DNA from: Felixounavirus LF82P9
Sequence record: OZ035757.1
Length of the DNA stretch: 64,000 nt
Strand: one strand, 5' to 3'
Shown: piece after piece, positions 30,439-40,227 of the stretch
Position numbering within the stretch: the first letter of the stretch is position 1
Layout of the letters: every line of letters starts with the position of its first letter
The notes under the pieces: generated by a model
What the model was told of the DNA's origin: nothing
Database searches by the model: none
Seen by the model: only the letters and a program-made list of their open reading frames with translations
Translations under genes and position numbers: made by a program

Positions 30439-30709
30439 AGAGAAGTGGGAGATTTTACCACTAGTTAGTGAGGGTGGCAATGGTTGTGAAATGTACATGA
30501 TACGTGGTCATGTTCCAGAACCAATTGCACTTGAGATGATAAACAATTTTACAGATGGTTCTTACAAAGACTTAGGAGAACCAACTGTCAAGCAACAATG
30601 GGTTAAACCTGTACCAGACAGCACAGGTAACTGTAGTGTACTTTATCACGTTGTAGACCCTGTAAAATGCAAATCTGCAATGGCAGTAACAAACGTAACT
30701 TTTGATTGA
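30431..30709 (+). CDS. hypothetical protein
   Basis: ORF track. Confidence 0.4.
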   Translation: MAKEKWEILPLVSEGGNGCEMYMIRGHVPEPIALEMINNFTDGSYKDLGEPTVKQQWVKPVPDSTGNCSVLYHVVDPVKCKSAMAVTNVTFD

Positions 30710-31602
30710 GAGAGAAAACTATGAAAACATCTATCCGTGTTACAGTTCATTCACCAACTAAAGGAACTCATGAAGAAGAGTTTAACATCATCCAATTCCC
30801 TTCTGGTGAGATTGGTGGAAACTTTTCACCAGAGTTTGTTGATTTTACTGCTTATGCAGCATCATCTATCAACAATGTGATTATGATTGTAAAAGGTTAT
30901 GATAAAGATACATTGTTTGCTGTGGCACTTGCTAAAGAGGCGGTGGACAACTTAGTTCCTCATAAGTTTGCTATGAAGACCATTATCTTTTACTATTTGC
31001 CAAATGCACGTTATGACCGTCACATGTTTAAAGGTGATGCAGCAGCTTTGAAAGTGTTTGCACAACAGGTTAATGCAATGGGTTTTGATGCAGTCTGTGC
31101 AGTTGACCCTCACAGCTATGTACCAGATAACCTGTTTAACTGCTTCCAGAGTATTCCTCAAAAGGAAATTGCAGTCCACTATGCAAATGACCCACTAGTT
31201 GATTACTTAGTAGCCCCAGATGCAGGTGCTGCTAAGAAGATTGCAGAGACTGCTAAAGAGGTGGATAAGCCATACATCACAATGTCTAAAGTACGTAACC
31301 TTAAGACTGGTGAAATTACTGGTATGCGAATCCTTGATGATGTTGATTTGACAGATAAAACCGTCATGATTCTGGATGATATTTGTGATGGAGGACGGAC
31401 CTTCATAGAAGCAGCTAAACATCTTCGTGAAGCAGGTGCAAAACGCGTGGAACTCTATGTAACACATGGTATCTTCTCTAAAGATGTTGAAAACCTTCTT
31501 GACAATGGTATTGACCACATCTACACTACAAACTCTTTAGGGGAAGCTAAAGACCGTGGCTTAACACATTATGGTCAAGTTACTGTAGCAAATTTGGACT
31601 AG
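30706..31602 (+). CDS. prs: ribose-phosphate pyrophosphokinase (PRPP synthetase)
   Basis: VMILDDICDGGRTF PRPP-binding signature. Confidence 0.85.
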   Translation: MREKTMKTSIRVTVHSPTKGTHEEEFNIIQFPSGEIGGNFSPEFVDFTAYAASSINNVIMIVKGYDKDTLFAVALAKEAVDNLVPHKFAMKTIIFYYLPNARYDRHMFKGDAAALKVFAQQVNAMGFDAVCAVDPHSYVPDNLFNCFQSIPQKEIAVHYANDPLVDYLVAPDAGAAKKIAETAKEVDKPYITMSKVRNLKTGEITGMRILDDVDLTDKTVMILDDICDGGRTFIEAAKHLREAGAKRVELYVTHGIFSKDVENLLDNGIDHIYTTNSLGEAKDRGLTHYGQVTVANLD

Positions 31603-31610
31603 GTAACAGT

Positions 31611-32102
31611 ATGAATAAGGGTTATTTTGAAAAATACCTAATATATGAACCAGATACAGGTTTATTAATTTGGAGAGTAACCCTTTGCAGTACCGCTATT
31701 GCTGGTAATGTGGCTGGCACAAGGTCTAAAAAGGGTTATATCCAAGTCCAGATAAATAAGAAGAGGTACTATGCACATAATATTGCATGGATTATGTCTG
31801 GTGGTGAGATACCAAGTGGATATGAGATAGACCACATAGACCTTGATAAAGCTAATAATAAGTTGGAGAACTTAAGACTTAGCACAAAGTCACAAAATCA
31901 GAGGAATAGAGGTATACACAAGAATAATAAAACTGGTGTGAAGGGTGTAAGTTTTTGTAAACAAACAGGTCTTTACAAAGCAAGAGTCATGCTTTACCAT
32001 AAAGAATACTTTTGTGGAAGATTTAAAACGGTAGAAGAAGCAAAAGAAGCTGTAATTAAAAAGCGAATAGAACTTCATGGTGAGTTTGCAAGACATAACT
32101 AA
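31611..32102 (+). CDS. HNH homing endonuclease with AP2-like tail
   Basis: EIDHIDLDKANNKLENL HNH core plus C-terminal AP2-like segment; paralogous to 8939-9454; inserted between prs and nadV. Confidence 0.8.
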   Translation: MNKGYFEKYLIYEPDTGLLIWRVTLCSTAIAGNVAGTRSKKGYIQVQINKKRYYAHNIAWIMSGGEIPSGYEIDHIDLDKANNKLENLRLSTKSQNQRNRGIHKNNKTGVKGVSFCKQTGLYKARVMLYHKEYFCGRFKTVEEAKEAVIKKRIELHGEFARHN

Positions 32103-32117
32103 GAGAGAGATATAAAT

Positions 32118-33899
32118 ATGAGTAAGTCACTTTACGCAGTACCAGCAGGTCTTAATGCAGATGCTTACAAGGCATCACATATATATCAGTATCCAGATGC
32201 TACACAGTATCTTATGTTGAACCTGACACCACGTAGTGATAAATGGTTTAACAGCCCTTTAGCAATTGATGGTGTAGTTGCTTTTGGTATTCAACGTTTT
32301 GTTAAAGACTACCTAATAGACCACTGGAACGCCACCTTCTTCGAACGTGACAAAAAAGAAGCAATTGACGAAATCTTAGAAGTCATGAACGGTGTTCTGG
32401 GTAAAGATGCTATTGGTCGAGAGCATTGGGAAGCACTTCATGACTTAGGTTATCTACCAGTTGAAGTATACGCTGTAGAAGAAGGCACAGTTGTCCCTAT
32501 GCGTGTACCAATGATTGTCTTCCAGAACACTGTTTCAGGTTTCCATTGGGTAGCGGGGTATCTGGAAGATGCTTTCTCTGCTGAGATTTGGAAGGCTTGT
32601 ACCATTGCAACTATTGCATTGCACTACAAACGTATCTGTAAGAAGTGGGCTGACCTTACTTGTGACAACGACTTGCATTTACCTTATCAGTGCCATGACT
32701 TTGCTATGCGTGGTATGTCCGGCTTTACTGATGACGCATTTAACGCTGTAGGCCACTTAACCAGCTTTAAAGGAACTGATAGCTTCCCTGCTGTGTATAC
32801 GGCTAAACGAATCTATGGACAGTCCTACCCAATCTCTGATATTGGTAGCTCTGTACCAGCCACTGAGCACTCTGTAATGTGTGCAAACATTGCTTGGGAA
32901 GGTGGTAATGAGTTGATTGAAGAAGAAAGACGCTTTAAAGGTGAGTTACAAACCTTCCGTCGTTTCTTAACAGAAACTTACCCAACTGGTATTGCAAGTA
33001 TTGTTTCAGACACTTATAACTTCTGGAGAACTGTGTCAGAAATTTTACCAGCACTTCGTAAAGAAATTATGGAACGTGATGGCAAACTGGTAATTCGTCC
33101 TGACTCTGGAGACCCTGTACATATTGTCACAGGTTATAAAGCAATCCACTTAGAATGTGCTAAAAAGGCTTATTACGAACACTTAAGCAAGCTTGAAGCC
33201 AGCGACACAATGTTGAATGCTGTTCTGAACATGAAGCTTGAAAACATAAATTATGGTATTGCTGGATGGCTACTGTCAGAAGGCTACGAAATGGTTGTTG
33301 ACAGAGAAGACTTTGAAGTTGCTGATACAGTGCTGTTGAAAAACGCTTATATGGTTGGTTCTGCAAACGTTGTAACACGTCCTGTAGCTGAGATTGATGG
33401 AGCTATTAAGACACTGTACAACATCTTTGGGGGAACTATTAACTCTAAAGGATTTAAGGTACTGGATGAGCATATAGGACTTATCTATGGTGACTCTATC
33501 ACGCTGGAACGTGCAAACGAAATCCTGAAGCGTCTGTATGAAATGGGTTTTGCAAGCTCTAACGTAGTGTTTGGCGTAGGTTCTTACACTTACCAGTACA
33601 TGACTCGTGACACCTTTGCATTTGCTGTCAAAGCAACTCTTGCAAGCATTGGTGGTAAAGAGATTATGCTTGCAAAAGACCCTAAAACAGATAGTGGTGT
33701 TAAGAAATCTGCCTTTGGTGGTGTAGCACCTATGTGGGATGGTGACAAGCTGAAAGCCGTAGATGGCTATGGATTCCAGAGTTTTGCAGATGTACTTGAC
33801 CACCCAGCTTGTGCCTTACGTTTAGTCTTTAGTGACTCTGAGCAGTTCGGTTACACAACTCTTGGGGATATTCGAAATAATATTGACAAGCAGCTTTAA
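32118..33899 (+). CDS. nadV: nicotinamide phosphoribosyltransferase
   Basis: N-terminal ADAYKASHIYQYP resembles NAMPT family; 593 aa is longer than typical. Confidence 0.8.
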   Translation: MSKSLYAVPAGLNADAYKASHIYQYPDATQYLMLNLTPRSDKWFNSPLAIDGVVAFGIQRFVKDYLIDHWNATFFERDKKEAIDEILEVMNGVLGKDAIGREHWEALHDLGYLPVEVYAVEEGTVVPMRVPMIVFQNTVSGFHWVAGYLEDAFSAEIWKACTIATIALHYKRICKKWADLTCDNDLHLPYQCHDFAMRGMSGFTDDAFNAVGHLTSFKGTDSFPAVYTAKRIYGQSYPISDIGSSVPATEHSVMCANIAWEGGNELIEEERRFKGELQTFRRFLTETYPTGIASIVSDTYNFWRTVSEILPALRKEIMERDGKLVIRPDSGDPVHIVTGYKAIHLECAKKAYYEHLSKLEASDTMLNAVLNMKLENINYGIAGWLLSEGYEMVVDREDFEVADTVLLKNAYMVGSANVVTRPVAEIDGAIKTLYNIFGGTINSKGFKVLDEHIGLIYGDSITLERANEILKRLYEMGFASSNVVFGVGSYTYQYMTRDTFAFAVKATLASIGGKEIMLAKDPKTDSGVKKSAFGGVAPMWDGDKLKAVDGYGFQSFADVLDHPACALRLVFSDSEQFGYTTLGDIRNNIDKQL

Positions 33900-33914
33900 A
33901 AGTATATGATAAGA

Positions 33915-33935
33915 GGCTCCTACGGGAGCCTTTTT
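33915..33935 (+). terminator. rho-independent terminator
   Basis: Stem ggctcc/ggagcc then TTTTT. Confidence 0.55.
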
Positions 33936-33952
33936 AATTTCTGGAGAAAACT

Positions 33953-34288
33953 ATGAAAATCAAAGAGATGAACATCAACATTGTCTTAGAAGAACGTTGG
34001 GAGAACATCAAGAAGCCTGAAGATGGTCATAAGTTCCTTAACAAAATCTTGGTAGCAGCTAAAGAAGAACTGACTGGCAAGGTCGCAGCAGCAATCACAA
34101 TAAAGGTCTGCGTAAAAGGTCTTCCGCAACATCACCAATTTGCACTTGACGAGTTTAAAGAGAGCTTCTACAATCCAAACAAACAGATGCTTGAAAGTAA
34201 CTTTGCAGTGTCTACAAGTATTGTCCATGACAGAAGCTTTATCCTTTACAAGAATATGAGAGGTGAGTCATGCAAGCATATTGGATAG
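33953..34288 (+). CDS. hypothetical protein
   Basis: ORF track. Confidence 0.45.
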   Translation: MKIKEMNINIVLEERWENIKKPEDGHKFLNKILVAAKEELTGKVAAAITIKVCVKGLPQHHQFALDEFKESFYNPNKQMLESNFAVSTSIVHDRSFILYKNMRGESCKHIG

Positions 34289-34446
34289 AAATTTTACTGT
34301 CACTTGGTAGTGTAGCAGTATTTGTTTACCTCCTTTGTAAGTACTTTGCAGAGCACAAAAAATGTGACTACTGTAATGGAGAGGGGTACATAAGGGCAGG
34401 ATGTTGCCCTATGTGTGGTGGTTCTGGTAAAATGTTTAATAAGTAA
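34270..34446 (+). CDS. small membrane zinc-ribbon protein (58 aa)
   Basis: Read by eye: hydrophobic N-terminus then CDYC ... CPMCG; below ORF-track cut-off. Confidence 0.3.
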   Translation: MQAYWIEILLSLGSVAVFVYLLCKYFAEHKKCDYCNGEGYIRAGCCPMCGGSGKMFNK

Positions 34447-34474
34447 TTTAACAGTAAACTGAGAGGAAAGTATT

Positions 34475-36841
34475 ATGCGCATGGTAAACGACCACGCAGA
34501 AGTGATTAAGAGTTCAACTTCTTTAGAGACGTCTCAAGCACAGATTACAATGACACCTGAAATGTTCAGCCTTTTGAGTTCTGGTGTATATACCTTTAAA
34601 GAAAGGGCAGTGATTCGTGAACTGTCATGTAACGCAGTAGATGCTCAGAAAGAAGCTGGAAAAGAGAATATTCCGTTCCATGTGCATTTACCTACTCGTT
34701 TTGAGCCTTACTTTGAAGTCCGTGATTTTGGAACTGGATTGACTCATGATAAAGTTATGAGTTTGTACCTAAACTACGGGGCTTCTACGAAGAATGACTC
34801 TAATGATTACATTGGTGCAATGGGTATCGGCTCAAAATCTCCATTTGCAATTGCTCAGTCATTCACAGTATCTAGCTATGTTGACGGTGTTGTTAATAAG
34901 TACTCAGTTTACCTTGAGAATGGTATCCCTCAAGTAACTAAGCTTACTACCAACCCAACAAAGGAACCTAATGGCTTAGCTGTACGTGTAGCAGTTGCTG
35001 ACCATCGTATCTCAAAATTCTTTGAAGAAGCTGGTCACGTATACTCATACTTTGCTGTAAAACCAGAAAGCAATATCGAGTATGACGATGTATTAGCAGA
35101 TATGAACGTCATTGCCCGTGAAGAAGGTGTTTATGATGCTATGATTCATAAGCAAAGCTGGCGTTCTAGTGGCAACAGGACAGATTTTAATGTGGTAATG
35201 GGTAATATTGCCTACCCAGTTAATATGGAAGCATTACTTGGTGATGATTTCTTCAAAGTCTTGCCAGAATTTTTCCGTAGGAGCGTAGACCTTGTAAACA
35301 TCTACATGCCTATTGGTTCAGTGGCTATTGCAGCTTCTCGTGAAGCATTGCAGATGAATGATACGACAAAAAATGCCATCATTGAGGCTACCAAAAAGAT
35401 AACTGAAGCAATTACAAGGGATGTTATCAAGAAAGTTAACAGCCAACCTACACTCATGGATGCTGCACAGGCTTATGCTGAGTTACGTTTGAACTCACGA
35501 GAGATGTTTAATGCTGTGTGTCCAAAGCTAGAGTGGGGAGGCGTTAAGCTTGATTCTCTGGAAGAAGAATTACTAAACATTCGTCGTGGGATTATCTACG
35601 CAGAAGACGGCTCAGTCATTTATGAACGTGACGGCAAAGGCAATATTAAGGTTGACAGCAAAGGAAACAATATCCCTAAAGTTGACTACCTATACAATCC
35701 AGTTGCTTATGTCAAGTTCAACTCTTTAGAGAGTAAGATTCGTGCAACAGCACTTTCCTACACTCAAGAGGCAAGTATGTTCAATATCTTTGGTGCAATG
35801 CGTAAAAGTCAAATTGAACAGTTTTTGTTTGTTATTAATGACCGTCGCAATAAAAACGGTACTGAGAAGACTGTAGGCCGCAATCAGATTCTGCGTGGTG
35901 CATGTCGAGACTACGCCAGTGAGTCCAGTCTGTTTCACAGATATAATGGCATTGTGTTTGTATTCTCGACTGAAAAAGAGTTAGATGATTTAATCAATCT
36001 ACACAAACTTGATAAAAGCTTGTTAAAGATTGTGAAAATGTCTGATAAGGAGCACCATTACCAGCGTAAAGAAGCTGTAAGAGGTGTTGTAAAACTCTGG
36101 AAAGCTGTTCCAGCAGAAGGTGTAGCTTCCTATAAAGAGGTTTCAGAAGACTTTGATACAATTGAAGAGCCTCAGCTTTACATTAAGGCAGTTGGTGACA
36201 CAGTTGATGGCGAATGTTTTTGCTCATCTCCAGAAGATGTAGCCAAGTCAGTTGCTAATGTTACAGGGAAGACAGTCTATGTTTTCCGAAAAGCAAATTG
36301 GAAAAAGATACCAGAAGACTGGATTGAAGTAGATGAGAAACTCTTGAACGATAGCTTAACTGATGTTCATTGGATTAATCATAACAGGTATATGACACGT
36401 ATCTATATGAATGGTGTCCTTGACCTTACAAGCAGTTGGATTATTGCCAGAAACTTTACGTTCAATAACAGGAAGATTTCTCGTGGCTATTGCTATTCAC
36501 GGGATACAAACAAAACTATCTTCCTAGAAGGTAATGAAGAGGCTGTAGAGGCAATGTTTGGTAAAATCCAGTATGTTGCTGCACCATTTGCATACACTTA
36601 CACTATTAGTGTGTTGAAAACTTTGAAAGATTGTCTTGACAACGATACAAAGCTCTACAAGAAAATTAAGAAAGCTGGTGACCGTATGGTTATTAAGGTG
36701 ACAAACTACCTTTCAAAAAGAAAACAAGAAAACTTCTTGCTTTCCCATTTAGATTGGAATAAAGTGTCACCCATCGAAGTGAGTAAGTTCTTAGGTTTTG
36801 ATGTGAAGTGTGTTCCAGAAGGAACTACAGTTTACGATTAA
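34475..36841 (+). CDS. rIIA: rIIA protector from prophage-induced early lysis
   Basis: 788 aa; N-terminal ATPase-like block (RAVIRELSCNAVDA, EVRDFGTGLT, SNDYIGAMGIGSKSPF) alignable to T4 rIIA. Confidence 0.9.
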   Translation: MRMVNDHAEVIKSSTSLETSQAQITMTPEMFSLLSSGVYTFKERAVIRELSCNAVDAQKEAGKENIPFHVHLPTRFEPYFEVRDFGTGLTHDKVMSLYLNYGASTKNDSNDYIGAMGIGSKSPFAIAQSFTVSSYVDGVVNKYSVYLENGIPQVTKLTTNPTKEPNGLAVRVAVADHRISKFFEEAGHVYSYFAVKPESNIEYDDVLADMNVIAREEGVYDAMIHKQSWRSSGNRTDFNVVMGNIAYPVNMEALLGDDFFKVLPEFFRRSVDLVNIYMPIGSVAIAASREALQMNDTTKNAIIEATKKITEAITRDVIKKVNSQPTLMDAAQAYAELRLNSREMFNAVCPKLEWGGVKLDSLEEELLNIRRGIIYAEDGSVIYERDGKGNIKVDSKGNNIPKVDYLYNPVAYVKFNSLESKIRATALSYTQEASMFNIFGAMRKSQIEQFLFVINDRRNKNGTEKTVGRNQILRGACRDYASESSLFHRYNGIVFVFSTEKELDDLINLHKLDKSLLKIVKMSDKEHHYQRKEAVRGVVKLWKAVPAEGVASYKEVSEDFDTIEEPQLYIKAVGDTVDGECFCSSPEDVAKSVANVTGKTVYVFRKANWKKIPEDWIEVDEKLLNDSLTDVHWINHNRYMTRIYMNGVLDLTSSWIIARNFTFNNRKISRGYCYSRDTNKTIFLEGNEEAVEAMFGKIQYVAAPFAYTYTISVLKTLKDCLDNDTKLYKKIKKAGDRMVIKVTNYLSKRKQENFLLSHLDWNKVSPIEVSKFLGFDVKCVPEGTTVYD

Positions 36842-36846
36842 AGTGT

Positions 36847-36876
36847 TTGACAAGGGGCTTCAAAGCCCCTTAGAAT
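36847..36876 (+). promoter_or_regulatory. sigma70-like promoter for rIIB
   Basis: TTGACA, 18-nt spacer containing hairpin ggggct/agcccc, then TAGAAT. Confidence 0.5.
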
Positions 36877-36920
36877 ATCCTCACAAAATGATTTATTAAC
36901 TAACAAGAGAGAGTAATAAG

Positions 36921-38030
36921 ATGACTACTAAAACTAAAGCACAGATTGACGCAGAAATTTACAAACTGGTTAAAGAAGGTAAGCTGACTAAAACAGCTAT
37001 TGCACAGAAATTTAATACTTCAACCCGTTCAGTCGGTCGTGCTGTAGAGCGTCATGAAGCAACATTAAAAGGGAATAAGAAGGTAACTTCTACACCAGCT
37101 ACGAAGACTTTGAAGCAAGTTGCTAAGACCTTTAAAAAGAAAGCTGACAAACCAGTTGAAAAGGTTGTTAAAGATTCTGTACAGAAAGCTCCAGTAAATA
37201 AACTGCACGAAGCTATGCAGAAAGATGACAAGATTGAGTACATGATTACTGGTGACTCTGTAATTATGACTTACGGTTCAGAATCTGAAATTGTTGAGTC
37301 TACTCATCCGAACTATCAAGAGATTGTAGTTCATGTTGTGAAAGGTGAGTTCAAGAAAGCCTTTGAACTGATGAACATTCGTAAGTCTATCGAAAACTTC
37401 ACGCAGGGAGCTATCACAATCAAAGGCGACAAACTATTCTACGGTGCTGTTGAGATGCGTTCTACTCTGGTTGACCGTATTCTTCACATGATGAAGGCTG
37501 GAGATAAAGGTTTCGAACGCCTTGTGATGTTCTTCGAAAAACTGATGGAAAACCCATCTAAAGATTCCGTAGAACAACTTTGGGGCTTCGTATCTCACCT
37601 TGATGTTGAAATTGATGAAGAAGGCTACATCATTGGTTGGAAGAAAGTATCTACTCGTGAAGGCAAGCTGGTTGACTCCCACACCTACAGAGTACCTAAT
37701 GATTTGGGTAACATTGTAGAAATGCCACGTTGGATGGTTGATAATAACCGTAACGTGACTTGCTCTCAAGGTCTTCATGTTGGTGCTTGGGATTATGTTC
37801 GTTGTTTCTCAGGTGATACAATTCTGAAGGTTCGTGTCCATCCACGAGACGTTGTATCCGTACCAACTGATTACAACGATATGAAGATGCGCTCGTCTCG
37901 TTATGAAGTTGCAGCAATCGTTGATAATCAACGTAAAGTGCTGAAAGCATGGGATGGCAAGACTGAAGCTTTACATGTCATCGTTGGTACTGCTGGAGAA
38001 CTTATCTCCCAACGTAAACGTGAAATCTAA
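36921..38030 (+). CDS. rIIB: rIIB protein
   Basis: GDKLFYGAVEMRSTLVDRIL, ENPSKDS and HPRDVVSVPTDYNDMKMR match conserved T4 rIIB blocks. Confidence 0.9.
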   Translation: MTTKTKAQIDAEIYKLVKEGKLTKTAIAQKFNTSTRSVGRAVERHEATLKGNKKVTSTPATKTLKQVAKTFKKKADKPVEKVVKDSVQKAPVNKLHEAMQKDDKIEYMITGDSVIMTYGSESEIVESTHPNYQEIVVHVVKGEFKKAFELMNIRKSIENFTQGAITIKGDKLFYGAVEMRSTLVDRILHMMKAGDKGFERLVMFFEKLMENPSKDSVEQLWGFVSHLDVEIDEEGYIIGWKKVSTREGKLVDSHTYRVPNDLGNIVEMPRWMVDNNRNVTCSQGLHVGAWDYVRCFSGDTILKVRVHPRDVVSVPTDYNDMKMRSSRYEVAAIVDNQRKVLKAWDGKTEALHVIVGTAGELISQRKREI

Positions 38031-38046
38031 TAAGTAATTTCTTAAA

Positions 38047-38069
38047 AGGCTGCTTCGGCGGCCTTTTTT
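38047..38069 (+). terminator. rho-independent terminator
   Basis: Stem ggctgc/gcggcc with UUCG loop then TTTTTT. Confidence 0.6.
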
Positions 38070-38130
38070 ATTTGTATTTTGTGCAGAGTGCTGTATAATT
38101 GTTGTCACGATAAACTAAACAGGAGAACCA

Positions 38131-38679
38131 ATGAAGAAATTGATTCTAGGTTTGTGCTTAATGTTTACAGCACACTTATCTTATGCAGTTGACTGCCCAG
38201 AGCTATCAATTAGCCAAAAAGTAAACATGTTAAAAGCTTACCAGTATGGTGAGAATAACATGGGTAAAGGTTGGGGTATCACTCTAGCTGCTATAGCCTT
38301 ACAAGAGTCAGAGTTAGGTCTGAAGGTAGAGAATAAAAAGACACATGATTATGGTATTTTCCAGAATCACTTGAAGACTGTTGTAAAGCGTAACAAAATT
38401 AGTCCTAATGTGGCTAAAAAGAAACTCTTAAAAGACTTTGACTATGCTGCAAAGGAAACGCACAAAGAACTTGAATTTTGGACAAAGGTGCATGGTCAGC
38501 CAAAGTCAAAGAAGACTTTACAAAAAGTTTTAGCATCATATAATGCTGGGTATTCGTACAGAATCCCTAAAGCTAAGAAATATTCTCAAGATGTCTATAA
38601 CAACATGAAAGTCATCGCTCAATGTGAATTTGCAACAAACATTTCTAAGGTAAACCATGAAAAAATTAAGAAAGTCTGA
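38131..38679 (+). CDS. secreted lytic transglycosylase-like protein
   Basis: Signal peptide; ALQESELG, DYGIFQ and SYNAGYS resemble SLT-domain motifs. Confidence 0.5.
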   Translation: MKKLILGLCLMFTAHLSYAVDCPELSISQKVNMLKAYQYGENNMGKGWGITLAAIALQESELGLKVENKKTHDYGIFQNHLKTVVKRNKISPNVAKKKLLKDFDYAAKETHKELEFWTKVHGQPKSKKTLQKVLASYNAGYSYRIPKAKKYSQDVYNNMKVIAQCEFATNISKVNHEKIKKV

Positions 38680-39352
38680 TGAAGTCCTGTGTCATGCTTA
38701 TGACTTGCATCCTCATGAGTTTGGTCTTGATTCCTGTGTATGGACTCCAGAACAGTGCAGGGATTTTGAAGACACAGCAAGAGAAGTTGTATGTTCACTT
38801 GAAGAGTTCCACACATCAGAGCCAATTGTGAATGTTGTAGATAAAGAGACTGGACAAACTATAGGGGTAAGTCGTGATAGTTTAGTCATAGTCAATAAAG
38901 ACCTTGTAGAAAAAGGTAACCTCATCTTAGCAGATATTGATGGTGTTCTTACAAATTTTAATCACGAAGATTGCTCAACGGAATTGACTGATGGGTCATT
39001 CTCACAGTACACTAATCTTCTTGACTCTGTAAGAGCAAAACCAACGTATGTTTTTAGTATTATTGATGCAATTGCTAATCATGCTGCCATTGGACTCTTG
39101 ACAGCGAGAGGTGAATCTCAGAGAATACCTACTGAGATGTTTTTAAGGCATAACATAGAGCATGACTACATGCTTTTTATGCGTGGTTTTGGGACTAACT
39201 CTATAAGTGCAGAAAGTTTGAAAGTGAGGATGATTCAGTCTTGCATTCTGCCTTACTTTAATATAGTATGTTTTATAGAAGACACAGAGAAGAATGTGCA
39301 GAAGGTGAACAGAATACTTCCACACATCAAAACCATGTTAGTTAAACATTGA
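38657..39352 (+). CDS. HAD-like hydrolase domain protein
   Basis: LILADIDGVLT resembles HAD motif I; start uncertain (overlaps upstream gene). Confidence 0.35.
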   Translation: MKKLRKSDEVLCHAYDLHPHEFGLDSCVWTPEQCRDFEDTAREVVCSLEEFHTSEPIVNVVDKETGQTIGVSRDSLVIVNKDLVEKGNLILADIDGVLTNFNHEDCSTELTDGSFSQYTNLLDSVRAKPTYVFSIIDAIANHAAIGLLTARGESQRIPTEMFLRHNIEHDYMLFMRGFGTNSISAESLKVRMIQSCILPYFNIVCFIEDTEKNVQKVNRILPHIKTMLVKH

Positions 39353-39362
39353 GAGAAAACTT

Positions 39363-39827
39363 ATGAACAATATCATTACGGTAGCACTGGACGTTACGGC
39401 AAACAAATCTGAAGTAGTTCGTAAAATGATTCAAGGTAACTTTGAAGGTAAAATTTTCCGTGCTGTTAATGTAAAAGCTGATGGCAGCATTCGTGAATAT
39501 CGTGCATTGTTGAACGTTAAGAAGCACGTAAAAGGTGTTGGTTCAACGACTGCACACAAAGAAAACCTGATGACTATCTATGATATGGGTAAGGCTTCAG
39601 AGTTAGGTGCTGAAGGTATCGTTAAAGAAGGTGCTCCGTATCGCTCTTTCAATCTGGAAACTACCCTTATGCTTTCCTTTACAAGTGGTTCCAAAACAAT
39701 CACTTATCTCTTTACTGATGCTGCAACGGTATCTGCTATTAAGGATAGCACTGTCAAAGCTGGCGTAGTTGCTGCTGCAAAAGCTTCTTCGATGGCTGCG
39801 AATATCCTTGCTAAAGTCCTCGGTTAA
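39363..39827 (+). CDS. hypothetical protein
   Basis: ORF track; followed by terminator. Confidence 0.5.
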   Translation: MNNIITVALDVTANKSEVVRKMIQGNFEGKIFRAVNVKADGSIREYRALLNVKKHVKGVGSTTAHKENLMTIYDMGKASELGAEGIVKEGAPYRSFNLETTLMLSFTSGSKTITYLFTDAATVSAIKDSTVKAGVVAAAKASSMAANILAKVLG

Positions 39828-39838
39828 GGTTAAGATAC

Positions 39839-39860
39839 AGGCTCCTTCGGGAGCCTTTTT
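39839..39860 (+). terminator. rho-independent terminator
   Basis: Stem aggctcc/ggagcct with UUCG loop then TTTTT. Confidence 0.6.
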
Positions 39861-39879
39861 CATTTCAGGAGATTGTTAA

Positions 39880-40227
39880 ATGACATTTAAAGAGTTCTGT
39901 CAAGCTACTTTCATAATTGTTTTCTTAGTTGGGACAGGTGTCTGGGGAGGATACTCTTACAGAGACTACCAAGTTGCTGAAACTGAGCTAAATAATGAGA
40001 AACTAATAAGTGTTGCCAAAGATGCTTATCAGGAAGGTTTAGCCACACTCAGCACCAATTACAAAAATGATTTGAAAGATGTGCTTGCTAAGAATAAGCA
40101 CACAAAAGAGGTACTAACGTATGAAAAAACTAAGCCAGAGTTTTATAATGTTTGTGTTACTGATAATTATGTCAGGGTGTTCAACGAACAAAGTGAACAG
40201 TACATTCAAAAACTCCCAAGTAAGTGA
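39880..40227 (+). CDS. candidate i-spanin
   Basis: N-terminal TM (FIIVFLVGTGVWGGY) then coiled-coil-like region; overlapped out-of-frame by a lipoprotein ORF. Confidence 0.4.
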   Translation: MTFKEFCQATFIIVFLVGTGVWGGYSYRDYQVAETELNNEKLISVAKDAYQEGLATLSTNYKNDLKDVLAKNKHTKEVLTYEKTKPEFYNVCVTDNYVRVFNEQSEQYIQKLPSK

